The notes under the pieces are model-generated. The model had not been told where the DNA came from, did not search any database, and was given only the letters and a program-made list of their open reading frames with translations. Both the position numbers and the translations under genes were made by a program. A DNA stretch of 64,000 bases. Source: a virus (taxonomy: Duplodnaviria; Heunggongvirae; Uroviricota; Caudoviricetes). Where the stretch lies: positions 64,001 to 128,000 of the IMG/VR virus record IMGVR_UViG_3300033273_000374. One strand, 5' to 3'. Positions 62,430 to 64,000 of the stretch are shown here, piece after piece. Position 1 is the stretch's first letter, and every line of letters begins with the position of its first letter.

Positions 62430-64000
62430 CTAGGCACGCCTCCGGAAAATTTTGCTTGGTTTTCAACTATGTGATGGTAGTTTGAACTTTCAGTTACATA
62501 TGCATGTATGTATTCACCAGTGCTGTCGCCTGTGTTCATTGCAGTATTTGCAAGTCCATACAAAAATTCTCTGTCTCTAGCATCAAGTGCCAGTGATCCT
62601 TCGATGCTGTTGATAAAACCTAGTGCATAATTTTTATCATTCATTCTATCATTGAGATATAAATCAAAGTTTGATTCAATACTTTTTTCCAATGCACACT
62701 TGGCTGCTACTGTTTCCCATGCCACAACAGCATCTGTTATTGTGCTGTTTATGTTTTCTTTGCTCATTAGACTGACCAACTCATCTGTAAAAGCATCTAA
62801 TTGAAGTTGAACCGCTGTGTTTTTTACAGCAGGTGCAACATACACATCTTGTGCAGCATCAATCACTGCCTGTGCAGCATTGTATAGTGCTGTGAGTTCA
62901 CCTGTGGTGTATAATTCATCAATTGCTGTTTTGTAAGCATCAACTGCATCTGATATACCAATACCAGCAACAGTGCCCATTAGATCATCTAGGTAGAGGC
63001 TTCTTCCTTGGTACAAGTATACATTTGCCACAGTGTCGTTGTTATTACCAAGCACTGGGTGTGTTTCATTGCCACGTGTAGGCATAGTAGGTATCAACAG
63101 TGTGTTTAGGAAGTTTCCAAACTGTAGTGGTGTTTCAAATGCACCAAGTTCTAGATCTTGCAGATCTTGTTGTAGTTCTGCTAATGTGTTTGCTACAAGC
63201 TCGCTGTTGTTAGGAAACAGTTTGTTAAAATCAGCAATTTCTGACAACTTGGTAATTTGTATATTTGTAATTTTGAGCATGTCTTTTGTGACACGCACTG
63301 CTTCTTGGTTTGTTATTTCTGCAAGTGCTGCAATCACCTGATCGTTATACTTGGGCAGATCCAGTTGATTTATAGGAACTCCAGCAAGTCCTTGATTTAT
63401 AAGTGCTACATCAAGTTGTATCAAACTTGCAAATTCTAAGTTATTGATTGCTTGACACAGTTGACCTGGGTTGCCAAAAGTTGCTGGTCTAGTCAAATCA
63501 AATGCATTGCCTAAACCTATAAAGTCATTGGCTGTGTTTGTAAAGTTGTTGTTGAAAACAATACTGTTATACCCATTAAGTGTCATATCAATGGGGTTGT
63601 TGATTGTGTTTCCTAAGTAGTAGTGTGAACTGTTGTAGGCTGTGACATCATTTTCAGCTGGATTACTGCCAAAAAATGTGTTACTGGCTTGGCTCAATAT
63701 TGGTTGCAATATACGACTGTTTTCTACAATACCTGTTGCATTTTGAATTGCCTGTGTCATAAACAATGCATTTGTTCCAAACAATCTACTGGTATGTGCT
63801 TGCACTGCGTTGTGTAAGTGTCCAGTGCCAATGCTGGTGCTTGGTCCAGGCACCACAGTTGAGAATGCACCACTACCAAATTCTCTGTTGTTGCCAAGTG
63901 TTTGTAATGTTTCTATTAATTCTCTATCTACATCAGTGAGTGCGTCATATCCGGGTGTTCCGGGATCGCCAACATTGTCTAGCAGAACGCTGTACATTTC
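62426..64000 (-). CDS. Large hypothetical (probably virion) protein, likely 5'-truncated by window edge
   Basis: At least 523 aa; frame remains open to position 64000. Confidence 0.65.
   Translation of the reverse strand, partial: EMYSVLLDNVGDPGTPGYDALTDVDRELIETLQTLGNNREFGSGAFSTVVPGPSTSIGTGHLHNAVQAHTSRLFGTNALFMTQAIQNATGIVENSRILQPILSQASNTFFGSNPAENDVTAYNSSHYYLGNTINNPIDMTLNGYNSIVFNNNFTNTANDFIGLGNAFDLTRPATFGNPGQLCQAINNLEFASLIQLDVALINQGLAGVPINQLDLPKYNDQVIAALAEITNQEAVRVTKDMLKITNIQITKLSEIADFNKLFPNNSELVANTLAELQQDLQDLELGAFETPLQFGNFLNTLLIPTMPTRGNETHPVLGNNNDTVANVYLYQGRSLYLDDLMGTVAGIGISDAVDAYKTAIDELYTTGELTALYNAAQAVIDAAQDVYVAPAVKNTAVQLQLDAFTDELVSLMSKENINSTITDAVVAWETVAAKCALEKSIESNFDLYLNDRMNDKNYALGFINSIEGSLALDARDREFLYGLANTAMNTGDSTGEYIHAYVTESSNYHHIVENQAKFSGGVPR

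Noticed and set aside
1-64000. CRISPR array, DGR, retron or transposon
   Set aside because: No regularly spaced repeats, reverse transcriptase, transposase or integrase seen by eye; the only notable exact repeat I found is the two-copy 34-bp promoter.
1-64000. Stop-codon reassignment
   Set aside because: Recognisable genes are full length in the standard code with TAA, TAG and TGA all used as stops; no suppressor tRNA.
1-64000. Bacterial chromosome or prophage interpretation (many host-like genes)
   Set aside because: Host-like genes are isolated singletons (pstS without pstCAB, groES without groEL) interleaved with virion genes and late promoters; no attachment or integration genes.

Overview
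64 kb slice of a large, lytic, myovirus-like dsDNA bacteriophage genome, probably marine. It is gene-dense, mostly minus-strand, uses the standard code and has no integrase. TATAAATA/TAAATA late-promoter boxes and sigma70-type early promoters recur throughout. The host is probably an alphaproteobacterium, inferred from a circularly permuted two-piece tmRNA with tag ANDNFADEDMPLAA, an alpha-type PstS and a glycine-zipper lipoprotein. Contents: phosphate genes (pstS with Pho-box-like repeats, phoH); a TctA/TctC transporter cassette; a holin-like gene plus overlapping spanin pair, GH108 endolysin and SleB hydrolase; RFC-like clamp loader, a DnaE fragment, MazG, GroES, IscA, UvdE, GuaC, ClpS and Hsp20; ribosomal proteins bS21 and bL33; 9 tRNAs; baseplate/tail genes; and glycan-modification enzymes. 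Most interesting: (1) a curli-like amyloid secretion operon (csgF, csgG, two curlin-repeat proteins) joined to FecR, a beta-barrel protein and a CHASE2 adenylate cyclase, headed by a ~140-nt nested RNA structure; (2) a textbook -1 frameshift signal (A AAA AAA plus hairpin) that would extend a 654-aa membrane/peptidoglycan-binding protein; (3) a protein whose N-terminus aligns without gaps to ubiquitin; (4) a radical SAM gene whose stop codon lies inside tRNA-Glu. All calls are from motif recognition by eye; no database search was run.
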